Of a stretch of 64,000 nt of DNA, positions 30,345-43,632 are shown one piece after another. Made by a program: the position numbers and the translations under genes. Every line of letters begins with the position of its first letter. Positions within the stretch are counted from its first letter, which is position 1. Below the pieces are notes generated by a model. The model did not search any database. It saw only the letters and a list, made by a program, of their open reading frames with translations, and had not been told where the DNA came from. The stretch is taken from NCBI GenBank assembly GCA_033795485.1, contig JARYGO010000008.1, positions 34,994 to 98,993 of the forward strand, in the 5' to 3' direction. The stretch comes from Sphingobium sp. (lineage in GTDB: Bacteria; Pseudomonadota; Alphaproteobacteria; Sphingomonadales; Sphingomonadaceae).

Positions 30345-31232
30345 ATGATCCTGCGGGCGGTTTTTCGGCGATGGGCGCTGCTGGCGCTGCTGCTGGTCGC
30401 GGCCTGCGGCGACACGCCCACGTCCCCGCCCCAGCAGGGCGGCCCCGCCCTGTGGCGCGTGCAGCGGGGCGATCTCGACGGCTATCTGTTCGGCACGGTC
30501 CATGTCCTGCCCGACCGGACCGCCTGGCGGACCCCGACGCTGGAAAAGGCGATCGACGCATCCGACAGGCTGGTGCTGGAGATCGGCAATCTCGGCGACC
30601 GCGATGCCGTTATCGACGCGTTCGAGCGGCTGGGCCGCGCTCCTGACCTGCCGCCGGTCGCGGAGCGGATCACCCCCGAGGCACGGCGCGCGCTGGACAA
30701 GCTGAGCGCGAACGGCACCGCCAGCGCGGGTGCGCTCGCGCCTTACAAGGACTGGGCGGCGGCGATGCTGCTGTCGGCGGCGATCCAGCAGAAGATGGGC
30801 GTCAGCGAAGACAACGGCGTGGAGCCGCTGCTGACCGCGCGGTTCCGGGACGCTGGCAAGCCGCTGGAGGGCCTGGAGACGCTGGACCAGCAATTCGGCG
30901 CTTTCGACGCCCTGCCGCCCGCGACCCAGCGGCGGATGCTGGAGGAGACGATCCTGGATGCCGGCCGGATGCCGGCGCTGATGGACGAGGTCGTCAAAGC
31001 ATGGCAGCGCGGCGACTTGGCCGCCATCGCCCGCGCCGACACCGGACGCCGCCGGCCCGACCCGCTCGTCGAGCAGGGCGTAATCGCCGCGCGCAACCGC
31101 GCCTGGGCGGTGAAGATAGACCGGATGCGCGGCCGTCCCTTCATCGCCGTCGGCACGGCCCATCTAGCCGACGATCATACGCTGGTCGCGATGCTGGAGT
31201 CGCGCGGCTTCACCGTGCGCCGAATCCAGTGA
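30345..31232 (+). CDS. TraB/GumN-family lipoprotein (2)
   Basis: Lipobox VAAC; YLFGTVH, LETLDQQ and FIAVGTAHL motifs. Confidence 0.88.
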   Translation: MILRAVFRRWALLALLLVAACGDTPTSPPQQGGPALWRVQRGDLDGYLFGTVHVLPDRTAWRTPTLEKAIDASDRLVLEIGNLGDRDAVIDAFERLGRAPDLPPVAERITPEARRALDKLSANGTASAGALAPYKDWAAAMLLSAAIQQKMGVSEDNGVEPLLTARFRDAGKPLEGLETLDQQFGAFDALPPATQRRMLEETILDAGRMPALMDEVVKAWQRGDLAAIARADTGRRRPDPLVEQGVIAARNRAWAVKIDRMRGRPFIAVGTAHLADDHTLVAMLESRGFTVRRIQ

Positions 31233-31350
31233 TCCGACGCGCGGACTTGCTTTCCCGCCGCTTTCTGCTAATGGGCCGCCTTCCCGCGATGGTCATCCCT
31301 GGAGGCGTGGCGGGAAGGACACTCAAACCAACTGCTTTTGGAGACACGCA

Positions 31351-31971
31351 ATGAGCGATCAGCTTACGCTGTCGGCCGAGGCACGCGATCGGGCAGGCAA
31401 GGGAGCCTCCCGCGCTCTCCGCCGCGAGGGCCGCGTACCCGCCGTCATCTATGGTAACAATGAAGAACCCCAGTCGATCCATGTCGAGGAAAAGCTGCTC
31501 AGCAAGCTGCTCGGCACCGGTCACTTCTTCAACTCGGTCGTCATGGTCGAAGTCGGCGGCAAGGCCGTTCGCACGCTTCCCAAGGACGTCGCGTTCCACC
31601 CGGTTACCGATCGCCCGCTGCACGCGGACTTCCTGCGCGTGTCCGAACATGCCAGCGTCACCGTCGCGGTGCCCGTGCGCTTCGAGAATGAAGAAGCCTC
31701 GCCGGGCCTCAAGAAGGGCGGCGTGCTCAACATCGTTCGCCATGACGTCGAACTGATCGTCGACGCTTCCGAGATCCCGGACGATGTCGTCGTGGACCTC
31801 AAGGGCTTCGAAGTCGGCGATTCGATCCACATCAGCGCCGTCACTCTGCCCAAGGGCGCGAAGCCGGCGATCGAGGACCGCGACTTCACCATCGCCACCA
31901 TCGTCGCGCCGTCCGCTCTCAAGAGCGCCGAAGGCGATACCGAAGGCACGGCCGAGGGCGAAGCCGCTTAA
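31351..31971 (+). CDS. rplY: 50S ribosomal protein L25/Ctc
   Basis: [20 protein letters not shown] and HADF motifs. Confidence 0.96.
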   Translation: MSDQLTLSAEARDRAGKGASRALRREGRVPAVIYGNNEEPQSIHVEEKLLSKLLGTGHFFNSVVMVEVGGKAVRTLPKDVAFHPVTDRPLHADFLRVSEHASVTVAVPVRFENEEASPGLKKGGVLNIVRHDVELIVDASEIPDDVVVDLKGFEVGDSIHISAVTLPKGAKPAIEDRDFTIATIVAPSALKSAEGDTEGTAEGEAA

Positions 31972-32007
31972 CCGCGCTTCCCGCCCCACCGGGGGCTGGC
32001 AATTTTC

Positions 32008-32044
32008 ATCCCGTCCGCCTACCCGGCGGGCGGGATTTTCTTTT
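32008..32044 (+). terminator. Intrinsic terminator after rplY
   Basis: ATCCCGTCCGCC/GGCGGGCGGGAT stem followed by a T-tract. Confidence 0.75.
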
Positions 32045-32057
32045 GGGGCGTTGGACG

Positions 32058-34339
<2,282 letters not shown>

Positions 34340-34460
34340 AGCCCCCTCCCCCTTATCCCCACCACCCGCCTATCCAAGGCTGGCCAAGCGATCGTGAAAG
34401 CGGTATCGCGCGCGCCATTCGTTCAGAATTGCCACTCTTCCAGACTTGAAGGCGCGTTTC

Positions 34461-35561
34461 ATGGGTTTTCGTTGCGGTATCGTCGGCCTCCCCAATGTGG
34501 GTAAGTCCACCCTGTTCAACGCGCTGACCGAGACGCAGGCGGCGCAGGCCGCCAACTACCCCTTCTGCACGATCGAGCCCAACGTCGGTCAGGTCGCCGT
34601 GCCCGACGATCGGCTGACGACGATCGCGAAAATCGGGGGCAGCGCCAAGATTGTCGAGACGCAGCTTGCCTTCGTCGACATCGCCGGCCTAGTGCGCGGC
34701 GCGTCCAAGGGAGAAGGCCTCGGCAACCAGTTCCTCGCCAACATCCGCGAGGTGGATGCGATCGTCCATGTGCTGCGCTGTTTCGAGGATGACGACATCA
34801 CCCATGTCGAGGGTAAGGTCGACCCCATCGCCGACGCCGAGACGGTCGAGACCGAACTGATGCTCGCCGACCTTGAGAGCCTGGAAAAGCGAGTGCCCAA
34901 CCTCGCCAAGAAGGCCGCGCAGGGGGACAAGGAATCCAAGGCCGCCGCCGCCGTTCTGGGGCAGGCGCTGGACCTGCTGCGCGAGGGCAAGCCCGCTCGC
35001 CTCACCCAGCCGCGCGATGAGGAGGAAGCCCGCCTGTTCGCTCAGGCTCAGTTGTTGACGGCCAAGCCCGTCCTTTATGTCTGCAACGTCGAAGAGGATG
35101 CCGCCGCGCAAGGCAACGCCCATTCGGCCCGCGTGTTCGAGAAGGCGGCGGCAGAGGGGGCCAAGGCGGTCATCGTCTCCGCCGCGATCGAAGCCGAACT
35201 CATCACCATGCCGATCGAGGAGCGCGGCGAATATCTGGATGCGCTGGGCCTGACCGAAGCCGGCCTCGCCCGCATCATCCGCGCGGGCTATGAGTTGCTG
35301 GGCCTCATCACCTTCTTCACCGTGGGACCGAAGGAGGCCCGCGCCTGGACGGTCCACAAGGGGTCGAAGGCGCCACAGGCCGCGGGCGCCATTCACAGCG
35401 ATTTCGAAAAGGGCTTCATCCGGGCCGAAACCGTCGCCTATGCTGACTATGTCCAATATAATGGCGAGGCGGGCGCGAAGGAGGCGGGCAAGTGGCGCGC
35501 CGAAGGCAAGGAATATGTGACGCAGGATGGCGACATCATGCTGTTCCGCTTCAACGTCTGA
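34461..35561 (+). CDS. ychF: Ribosome-binding ATPase YchF
   Basis: GLPNVGKST, NYPFCTIEPN and DIAGLV motifs. Confidence 0.97.
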   Translation: MGFRCGIVGLPNVGKSTLFNALTETQAAQAANYPFCTIEPNVGQVAVPDDRLTTIAKIGGSAKIVETQLAFVDIAGLVRGASKGEGLGNQFLANIREVDAIVHVLRCFEDDDITHVEGKVDPIADAETVETELMLADLESLEKRVPNLAKKAAQGDKESKAAAAVLGQALDLLREGKPARLTQPRDEEEARLFAQAQLLTAKPVLYVCNVEEDAAAQGNAHSARVFEKAAAEGAKAVIVSAAIEAELITMPIEERGEYLDALGLTEAGLARIIRAGYELLGLITFFTVGPKEARAWTVHKGSKAPQAAGAIHSDFEKGFIRAETVAYADYVQYNGEAGAKEAGKWRAEGKEYVTQDGDIMLFRFNV

Positions 35562-35597
35562 TCGCGTTGCGCTTGGCCGCCAAAAGGGCTGAGGCCG

Positions 35598-36092
35598 ATG
35601 TCCCTGAAATCCGCCTTTCCCCCCAGCGTGGGGCCGGACACCAGACTGCTGGTGCTGGGCAGCCTGCCGGGCGAGCGATCGCTGGCGGCCGGCGAATATT
35701 ATGCCCATCCCAGCAACGCCTTCTGGTGGCTGATGGGGGAAGTGACCGGCGAGCCGCTGCCCGGCCTTCCCTATGCGCAGCGGCTCGCCCGGCTGGGGGC
35801 GCATGGCATCGGCCTGTGGGACGTGATCGCCACCGCGCGGCGGCAGGGGAGCCTGGACGCGGCGATCCGTGACGCGACGAACCGCGACCTGGCGGGCTTC
35901 GCGCGGAGCCTGCCCGCGCTGGAGGCCATCGCCTTCAACGGCGGGGAAGCGGCGCGGCGGGGGCGGCGGCAACTGGCGGGCGTGGACCGTTATGCGCTGA
36001 TCGACCTGCCTTCCTCCAGCGCTGCCCATGCCGGACGGTCGCGTGCGGACAAGCGCGCGGCCTGGATGGCGCTGCGCGACTGGATGTCCTGA
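35598..36092 (+). CDS. UDG-superfamily DNA-deoxyinosine glycosylase
   Basis: LGSLPG, YYAHPSNAFW and LPSSSAA motifs. Confidence 0.85.
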   Translation: MSLKSAFPPSVGPDTRLLVLGSLPGERSLAAGEYYAHPSNAFWWLMGEVTGEPLPGLPYAQRLARLGAHGIGLWDVIATARRQGSLDAAIRDATNRDLAGFARSLPALEAIAFNGGEAARRGRRQLAGVDRYALIDLPSSSAAHAGRSRADKRAAWMALRDWMS

Positions 36093-36169
36093 CCGCCGGC
36101 CGGGGATGGCAGGATATACCGAGGCGGGACGTCACTTTACCGTCATCGGCCATCTGCTAGGGCCGGGGA

Positions 36170-37423
36170 ATGAGAATCACCCTGCGCCTGCTGTCGCGGC
36201 TCTTGCTCCTGCTTCTGCCCGTGACGCTCGTGGCGTGCGCGACCGTCGGGAATCACGCGGCCGGTCCAGCGGCGACGTCCGTATCGACTCGTCCGCTGAC
36301 GCTGCTGATCTCAGTCGACGGTTTGCGTCCCGCCAGCCTCCACATCGGCCGCACGCCGCATCTGGACGCGCTGGTGGACGGCGGCGTCGCCGGCACCATG
36401 CGGCCGGTCTTTCCCGCCAACACCTTCCCCAACCATATCAGCATGGTGACTGGACAGACGCCCGATCATCACGGCATCGTCGACAACGCCATGCGCGACC
36501 CGCAGCGGCCCGGCGTAACGTGGAAGATCAGCGATCCGGCCGTCAACCGCGATCCCTTCTGGTGGGACACCGCCACGCCGATCTGGGTCACCGCCGAGCG
36601 CGCGGGGATAAGGACGGCCTCGATGTTCTGGCCGGGTTCCGACGCGCCCATCCAGCAGGTGCGCCCGTCCGACTGGTTCACCTACGACGCCGCCGTCACC
36701 AGCGCCCAGCGCGTCGATGCCGCGCTCGACTGGGCGCGCAGGCCCGACGCCTCCCGCCCGGCCTTCATCGCCCTCTATCTGGATGTCGTCGACAAGGCGT
36801 CGCACAATCAGGGCTATGATTCAGATGGCGAGCGCGCCGCGATAGCACAGGTCGACCAAGCGATCGGCCGCTTGCGGGCGGGCCTTGAGGCGATGGGGCG
36901 GCCGGTCAACATCCTGCTGGTGTCCGACCATGGCATGGCGCCGGTGCCGACCGCCCAGGTCCGCCCGGTCAGCGACATCGTCGATCCCGCCATCATGGAA
37001 TCGATCACCCGGGGCCCGTGGCTGGACATCTACCCCCTGCCCGGCAAGGATGCCGAGGTCGCCGCCCGGCTGCTGGCGCGGCGTCCCAATGTGGATTGCT
37101 GGCGGCGAGAGGATGTTCCGGCGCGCTACGCCTACGGCCGCAACCCCCGCGTGGCGCCCTTCGTCTGCATGGCGCGCCTGGGGTGGAGCTTCGTTGAAAA
37201 GCCGCGCGCCTATGTGAAGGGCGAGCATGGCTTCGATCCGGACGAACCGTCGATGCGCGCCGTCTTCATCGCCCATGGCCCGGCGTTCGACCGCCGGTTC
37301 CGGCCGCCCGAAGCTTTCCCTAACGTCAATGTCTATGACCTGCTGGCGCGGTTGATCGGCGTAACGCCGCAAGCCAATGACGGGGACCCGACAGTGCTTG
37401 ACGGGTTGCTGGCGAAGCCATAG
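36170..37423 (+). CDS. Ectonucleotide pyrophosphatase/phosphodiesterase family lipoprotein
   Basis: Lipobox LVAC; SVDGLR, TFPNH, VSDHGM and GEHGFD motifs. Confidence 0.9.
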   Translation: MRITLRLLSRLLLLLLPVTLVACATVGNHAAGPAATSVSTRPLTLLISVDGLRPASLHIGRTPHLDALVDGGVAGTMRPVFPANTFPNHISMVTGQTPDHHGIVDNAMRDPQRPGVTWKISDPAVNRDPFWWDTATPIWVTAERAGIRTASMFWPGSDAPIQQVRPSDWFTYDAAVTSAQRVDAALDWARRPDASRPAFIALYLDVVDKASHNQGYDSDGERAAIAQVDQAIGRLRAGLEAMGRPVNILLVSDHGMAPVPTAQVRPVSDIVDPAIMESITRGPWLDIYPLPGKDAEVAARLLARRPNVDCWRREDVPARYAYGRNPRVAPFVCMARLGWSFVEKPRAYVKGEHGFDPDEPSMRAVFIAHGPAFDRRFRPPEAFPNVNVYDLLARLIGVTPQANDGDPTVLDGLLAKP

Positions 37424-37459
37424 CGCTCTTTCCCGTTGCGACCGAAAACGGGAAAGATC

Positions 37460-37924
37460 ATGGCCGAAGTAGAATATTTCGAGGATATCGCGATCGGCGC
37501 GACGGCTGAGTTCGGTCCGATCACCCTGACGCGCGACGAGGTCGTCGCCTTTGCCGCCGAGTTCGACCCCCAGCCTTTCCACCTGTCGGACGAAGCGGCG
37601 GCGGCCACCCATTTCGGCAGTATCGCCGCCAGCGGCTGGCACACGACCGCCTTGTTCATGAAGATGTTCGTCGCGCATATGCAGGCTCATGGCGCGCGCC
37701 AGCAGGCGAGCCTGGGCGCGCTCGGCGTCGACGAACTGCGCTGGCTGCGGCCGGTGCGCCCCGGCGACACGCTGCGCGGCACGAGCGAAGTGATCGACAA
37801 GAAGGCGTCCCAAAGCCGCCCGGAGCGCGGCATCGTCCGTTCCAGGGTGACGATGATCAACCAGAATGACGAGCCGGTGCTGACGATGATCCCGATCGCC
37901 ATGGTCCGCACGCGCCCACAATAG
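37460..37924 (+). CDS. MaoC-family dehydratase
   Basis: FDPQPFHL, ASGWHT and PVRPGDTL motifs. Confidence 0.88.
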   Translation: MAEVEYFEDIAIGATAEFGPITLTRDEVVAFAAEFDPQPFHLSDEAAAATHFGSIAASGWHTTALFMKMFVAHMQAHGARQQASLGALGVDELRWLRPVRPGDTLRGTSEVIDKKASQSRPERGIVRSRVTMINQNDEPVLTMIPIAMVRTRPQ

Positions 37925-37997
37925 GGCCATCCGCTTCCGATCGGTCCTTTGCACGGGCGCGCGATCGCGGCACAGGGCGTGACGAAAGGGGTCGTCC

Positions 37998-38624
37998 ATG
38001 CCCAGCCTGACCAGTCTGCTCACCTTCTCGCTGATCGCGCTCGGCATGGTGCTGACGCCTGGCCCCAATATGCTCTATCTGATTTCCCGCTCGATCTCGC
38101 AGGGGCCAAGGGCGGGGCTGATCTCGCTCGGCGGCGTCGCCTGCGGCTTCCTTTTCTATATGGTCTGCGCCGCCTTCGGCATAACCGCGCTGCTGATGGC
38201 GGTGCCCTTCGCCTACGACCTGCTGCGGATCGGCGGCGTGCTCTATCTGCTATGGCTGGCGTGGAGCGCCGTTCGTCCCGGCGCGCGGTCGCCCTTCCAG
38301 GTGCGGCATCTTCCGCGCGATACGCCGCGCCGCCTGTTCCTGATGGGGCTGCTGACCAACATGCTGAACCCGAAGGTGGCGATGATCTATCTTTCGCTGC
38401 TGCCCCAGTTCGTCGATCCGGCGCGCGGATCGGTCCTCGGCCAGTCGCTGCTGCTGGGCGGCGCCCAGATCGTCATCAGCCTGACCGTCAACGGGGTCAT
38501 CACTCTGCTAGCCGGCGGGATCGCCGGATTTCTGGGCGAGCGGCCTTTCTGGCTGGCCGCTCAGCGCTGGCTGATGGGCGGCGTTCTCGGCGGCCTTGCC
38601 GTGCGGATGGCAGTCGAGCGCTGA
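37998..38624 (+). CDS. LysE/RhtB-family exporter
   Basis: TPGPNM and LNPKVA motifs; about six TM segments. Confidence 0.9.
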   Translation: MPSLTSLLTFSLIALGMVLTPGPNMLYLISRSISQGPRAGLISLGGVACGFLFYMVCAAFGITALLMAVPFAYDLLRIGGVLYLLWLAWSAVRPGARSPFQVRHLPRDTPRRLFLMGLLTNMLNPKVAMIYLSLLPQFVDPARGSVLGQSLLLGGAQIVISLTVNGVITLLAGGIAGFLGERPFWLAAQRWLMGGVLGGLAVRMAVER

Positions 38625-38643
38625 CGGCCCGTCAAGGAGGAAA

Positions 38644-39162
38644 TCAGCGATTGGCCCCAGCGTCGGCGGCCATGACGCGGATGGTCGCCTCGGGCGCGTT
38701 GGCGATCTGGACGGTATAGATGCCGGCCTCCAGCGGGAACCAGACGATCTTGCGAATGCCCGAACAGGCCGGGCCATGGCCGTGCTCGACCGGGGCGACC
38801 GGCGTCGTGCCCTTTACCACGTCGACCCAGGCCCCCGCCGACAACGCGATGCCGACCTTCGCCGGCGCCTTTACCGGCAGCGTGAAGAGGCCGCCATGCC
38901 CGCCCCGGCCACCCTTGCCGGAATCTGCGGCAAATCGCACATAATCGGCGGGCCGCAGCGTGGCCGTCACCGGCTTTCCCAAGATCAACCTCGGCGCGCC
39001 CGCAGCCTCCCCGCCGGCGATGGCGTCGCCGCTCTGCGGCCAACTCGTCCAGGGCTCGTCCAGGCGCGGCGCGGCGCGGCAATCCGACTGCGGCTGCCCC
39101 TGCGCCACCGCGGGAACGGGGAAAAGAGCAAGCGAGAGGAGCAAGACATAACGCACGGTCAT
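38644..39162 (-). CDS. Hypothetical exported protein
   Basis: Signal peptide and two Cys; start overlaps the mutL stop (ATGA). Confidence 0.7.
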   Translation of the reverse strand: MTVRYVLLLSLALFPVPAVAQGQPQSDCRAAPRLDEPWTSWPQSGDAIAGGEAAGAPRLILGKPVTATLRPADYVRFAADSGKGGRGGHGGLFTLPVKAPAKVGIALSAGAWVDVVKGTTPVAPVEHGHGPACSGIRKIVWFPLEAGIYTVQIANAPEATIRVMAADAGANR

Positions 39163-40958
39163 TTCCTTCCGAACAACTTCTCTATGTCGCCATGGCCCAG
39201 TTTCACCCAGGTCGGCCGGCCGTGATTGCACTGGCCGCTGCGGGGAGTAACTTCCATCTCGCGCAGCAGGGCGTTCATCTCCGCCACGCTCAACACTCGG
39301 CCCGCGCGCACCGAGCCATGGCAGGCCATCGTCGCCGCCACCAGGTCCAGCCGCTCCTTGAGCGAGAGAGCGCTGTCATAGGTCGCCAGATCGTCGGCCA
39401 GGTCGGCGACGAGGCCCTGCACGTCACCCTGCTCCAACATCGCAGGCATGGCGCGGACGAGCATGGCGGCGGGACCGAACCGCTCAATGTCCAGGCCGAA
39501 ATCCTTGAGTTCCGCGCTCCGCGCCTCCAGCCGGTCACAGGCCGGCTCGTCCAGTTCGACGACCTCGGGCAGCAGCAGCGCCTGGCTCTGCACGCGCCTT
39601 TGCTCTCCGTCGGACCCTTCCATCGCCCGCCGCATCCGCTCCAGCGTCAGCCGCTCATGCGCGGCGTGCTGGTCCACGATCACCAGCCCGTCCTCGGCCT
39701 CCGCCACGATATAGGTCCGCGCCACCTGCCCCCGCGCCACGCCCAGGGGAAAGGTCGCGCCGTCCGGTATCGGCGCGGCCGCCGGCTCCGCGCGGGCCTG
39801 GGGCGGGGGCGTCAGGAAGCTCGTGCGGCGGTCGCGCATTTGGCTGGGCATGAGTTCGGGCCGATAGGACGCGCCCGCCGCCTCGAAGATCGGCATCGCG
39901 CCGATCGGGGTCGGCGACAGCGGCTCCGCCTGCCAGGCGTTCAGCCCCGCCGGATCGGCGCGCTGCACGACGCGGAAGCCCGCCCCATCCAGCGCATGGC
40001 GAAGGCCCGACACGATCATTCCCCGGATCAGCGCGGGATCGCGAAAGCGCACCTCGGTCTTTGCCGGGTGAACGTTCACGTCCACCTCCAGCGGCGGCAC
40101 GTCCAGGAACAGCGCCACAACCGGATGCCGGTCGCGGGCCAGCACATCGGCATAGGCGCCCCGGACCGCGCCGACCAGCAGCCGGTCGCGCACGGGCCGG
40201 CCATTGACGAACAGGAACTGATGGTCACCGACGCCGCGATGATAGGTCGGCAGGCTGGCGACGCCGGACAGGCGCACCCCCTCCCGCTCCAATGAGACGA
40301 TGACGTGGTTTTCCGCCAGCGCCCGGTCGGTGAGGCCCGCCACCCGATCCTCGCGCGCCTCGCGCTCCTGCACCGACAGCGCTCGCCGCCCGTCATGCTC
40401 CAGCGAGAAGGCGATGCCCGGATGGGCCATCGCCAGCCGGCGGATGATGTCCAGGCAGGCGGCATATTCGGCCTTGGCCGAACGCAGGAACTTGCGGCGC
40501 GCGGGCACCTTTCCGAACAGCGCCTCGACGGTGACGCGGGTGCCCGGCGGCAGGGCGGCGGGACCCTCGGCCACCAGCACGCCATTGTCGACCGACCGGC
40601 TCCACCCCTCGCCGTCGCGGGGCCGGCTGTCGATCGTCAGCCGCGCGACGCTGGCGATGGACGGCAGGGCTTCCCCCCGAAAACCCAGCGTCGACACCTG
40701 CTCGATGGCGTCGTCGGGCAGTTTGGAGGTAGCGTGCCGCTCCAGCGCCAGCGCTATGTCGGCCGGGTCCATGCCGCAGCCGTCGTCGCTTACCTCGATC
40801 CGGTCCAGCCCGCCATTGGCGATGCGGACGGCGATCCGGCCCGCCCCCGCGTCGATCGCGTTTTCGACGATCTCCTTGAGCGCGCTGGCCGGCCTTTCCA
40901 CCACTTCACCCGCGGCGATGCGGTTGACCAAATGTTCGGGCAGGCGGCGTATTGACAT
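39159..40958 (-). CDS. mutL: DNA mismatch repair endonuclease MutL
   Basis: IAAGEVVERP, GFRGEAL, DQHAAHER and CNHGRP motifs. Confidence 0.98.
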   Translation of the reverse strand: MSIRRLPEHLVNRIAAGEVVERPASALKEIVENAIDAGAGRIAVRIANGGLDRIEVSDDGCGMDPADIALALERHATSKLPDDAIEQVSTLGFRGEALPSIASVARLTIDSRPRDGEGWSRSVDNGVLVAEGPAALPPGTRVTVEALFGKVPARRKFLRSAKAEYAACLDIIRRLAMAHPGIAFSLEHDGRRALSVQEREAREDRVAGLTDRALAENHVIVSLEREGVRLSGVASLPTYHRGVGDHQFLFVNGRPVRDRLLVGAVRGAYADVLARDRHPVVALFLDVPPLEVDVNVHPAKTEVRFRDPALIRGMIVSGLRHALDGAGFRVVQRADPAGLNAWQAEPLSPTPIGAMPIFEAAGASYRPELMPSQMRDRRTSFLTPPPQARAEPAAAPIPDGATFPLGVARGQVARTYIVAEAEDGLVIVDQHAAHERLTLERMRRAMEGSDGEQRRVQSQALLLPEVVELDEPACDRLEARSAELKDFGLDIERFGPAAMLVRAMPAMLEQGDVQGLVADLADDLATYDSALSLKERLDLVAATMACHGSVRAGRVLSVAEMNALLREMEVTPRSGQCNHGRPTWVKLGHGDIEKLFGRK

Positions 40959-41111
40959 TGGTTAGGGACTAGCCCAAGCGAGCGCTTTCCGCGACCCGCA
41001 GCCTCCACTTTTTTTATCGTTAAAGGGAACTGGCTTGCCGGGGCGCGCAAGGAAGCATGAGTTGGTGCCCGTGTCCCGATCAGCCGGGAACGGGCGGGCT
41101 GAACAGGATAA

Positions 41112-42161
<1,050 letters not shown>

Positions 42162-42181
42162 AGCCAGGGGGTAGATAAGCG

Positions 42182-43108
42182 ATGGCGCGGCCCTCCAGCC
42201 GACGCCCCGGCTACAACCGGAAGGCGCAATATGGTCTGTTCGCCAGCTATGTCGTGGCGATGTCCGGGGCCGCGATCGGCCTGTTGATGGTGATCGTCGC
42301 CATTTTCGATCCCACCGGCTTTGCGGCGATCCGATCGGGGACGGCTGAAATCACTCGCCCGCTGTCGGCGGGCCTCAAATCCATGGTCAGCGGCGTCGGC
42401 ACCATCGACGAGCGGATCGCCGCCTATTGGCGGGCGGGGTCGCAGAATGTCGCGCTGCGGCGACAAGTGGAGGCCGACCGCAATCGCATCATCGAGGCGA
42501 CGGCGATCGCGCAGGAGAATATCCGCCTGAAGAAGCTGTTGAAGCTGGTGGACGAGGATGGCAGCGAAGTCGTCGCCGCCCGCCTGATCAGTTCCTCGGC
42601 CAGCAGCGCGCGGCGCTTCGCCCGGCTGAACGCCGGCCGGTCCCAGGGGGCGATGCCGGGCATGCCCGTGCGCGCGCCGGAGGGATTGGTGGGCCGCATC
42701 TTCACCGCGGGTCCCAACAGCGCCGACGTGCTGTTGCTGACCGACACCAACAATATCGTGCCGGTGCGCCGCGCGAACGACAATATCCCGGCCATCTCCA
42801 CGGGCGGGGGCGACGGATCGGTCGAGGTGCGCGCTTTGTCGGCGGGCCAGAACCCCTTCAAACCCGGCGACCTGGTCGTGACCTCCGGCATCGGCGGCGT
42901 TTATCAGCCCAACATCCCGGTCGCCGTCATCGTCCGCACCCAGGGAGAGATCGCCTGGGGCGTGCCGCTGGCCAATCCGGCCAAGGTGGAGGCGGTGGTG
43001 GTCGAACGGCCGTTCGAACAGGCCGTGAGCCGCCCCGCTTCCGACACCGCGCTCTCTTCTGAACCGGCCCCGGCGGGGGTCGCCGCCCAAAGCCCCCCCG
43101 CACCATGA
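42182..43108 (+). CDS. mreC: Rod shape-determining protein MreC
   Basis: TM helix, coiled coil ENIRLKKLL, GLVGRI and VTSGIGG; operon position. Confidence 0.92.
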   Translation: MARPSSRRPGYNRKAQYGLFASYVVAMSGAAIGLLMVIVAIFDPTGFAAIRSGTAEITRPLSAGLKSMVSGVGTIDERIAAYWRAGSQNVALRRQVEADRNRIIEATAIAQENIRLKKLLKLVDEDGSEVVAARLISSSASSARRFARLNAGRSQGAMPGMPVRAPEGLVGRIFTAGPNSADVLLLTDTNNIVPVRRANDNIPAISTGGGDGSVEVRALSAGQNPFKPGDLVVTSGIGGVYQPNIPVAVIVRTQGEIAWGVPLANPAKVEAVVVERPFEQAVSRPASDTALSSEPAPAGVAAQSPPAP

Positions 43109-43632
43109 TCGACCGGCGGATGCAGCATGTCCCGCGCCTGGGCCATTACCCCTCCCGATGGCGATTGCAGGGCACGCCGGTGGTCACGGTGATGCTGGGG
43201 TCCATGCTGACGGCGCTGCCGCTGATCGCGCAGTCGCCTATTCTGCCGCCGCTGGGCCTGCTGCTGCTGCTGTCGTGGCGCCTGCTGCGGCCCGAATTGT
43301 GGCGCGCCTGGATCGGCGTGCCGCTGGGCCTGTTCGACGATCTGATGAGCGGCCAGCCGCTCGGCTCCGCCATGTTCCTGTGGACGGTGACGCTGATTGG
43401 CATCGACCTGATCGAACAGCGGCTGTTGTGGCGCGATTATTGGCAGGACTGGCTAATCGCGGCCCTGGCCATTATAGTCTGCGTCACCGGCGGGCTCTTC
43501 TTTGCGCGGATCACCGGCGGTGGTTCAATAGGCTGGATGCTGGTCGTGCCGCAGATGGGCTGGACGATATTGCTGTTCCCCTTCGTCGCCCGGCAATGCG
43601 CCTGGATCGACCGCTGGCGCGTGATGGCATGA
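43105..43632 (+). CDS. mreD: Rod shape-determining protein MreD
   Basis: Polytopic membrane protein with GLFDDLMSGQPLG; operon position. Confidence 0.9.
   Translation: MIDRRMQHVPRLGHYPSRWRLQGTPVVTVMLGSMLTALPLIAQSPILPPLGLLLLLSWRLLRPELWRAWIGVPLGLFDDLMSGQPLGSAMFLWTVTLIGIDLIEQRLLWRDYWQDWLIAALAIIVCVTGGLFFARITGGGSIGWMLVVPQMGWTILLFPFVARQCAWIDRWRVMA

Noticed and set aside
43158-43628. 157-aa N-terminal extension of the 865-aa PBP2 ORF
   Set aside because: Overlaps mreD out of frame; the ATG at 43629 overlapping the mreD stop is the plausible start.
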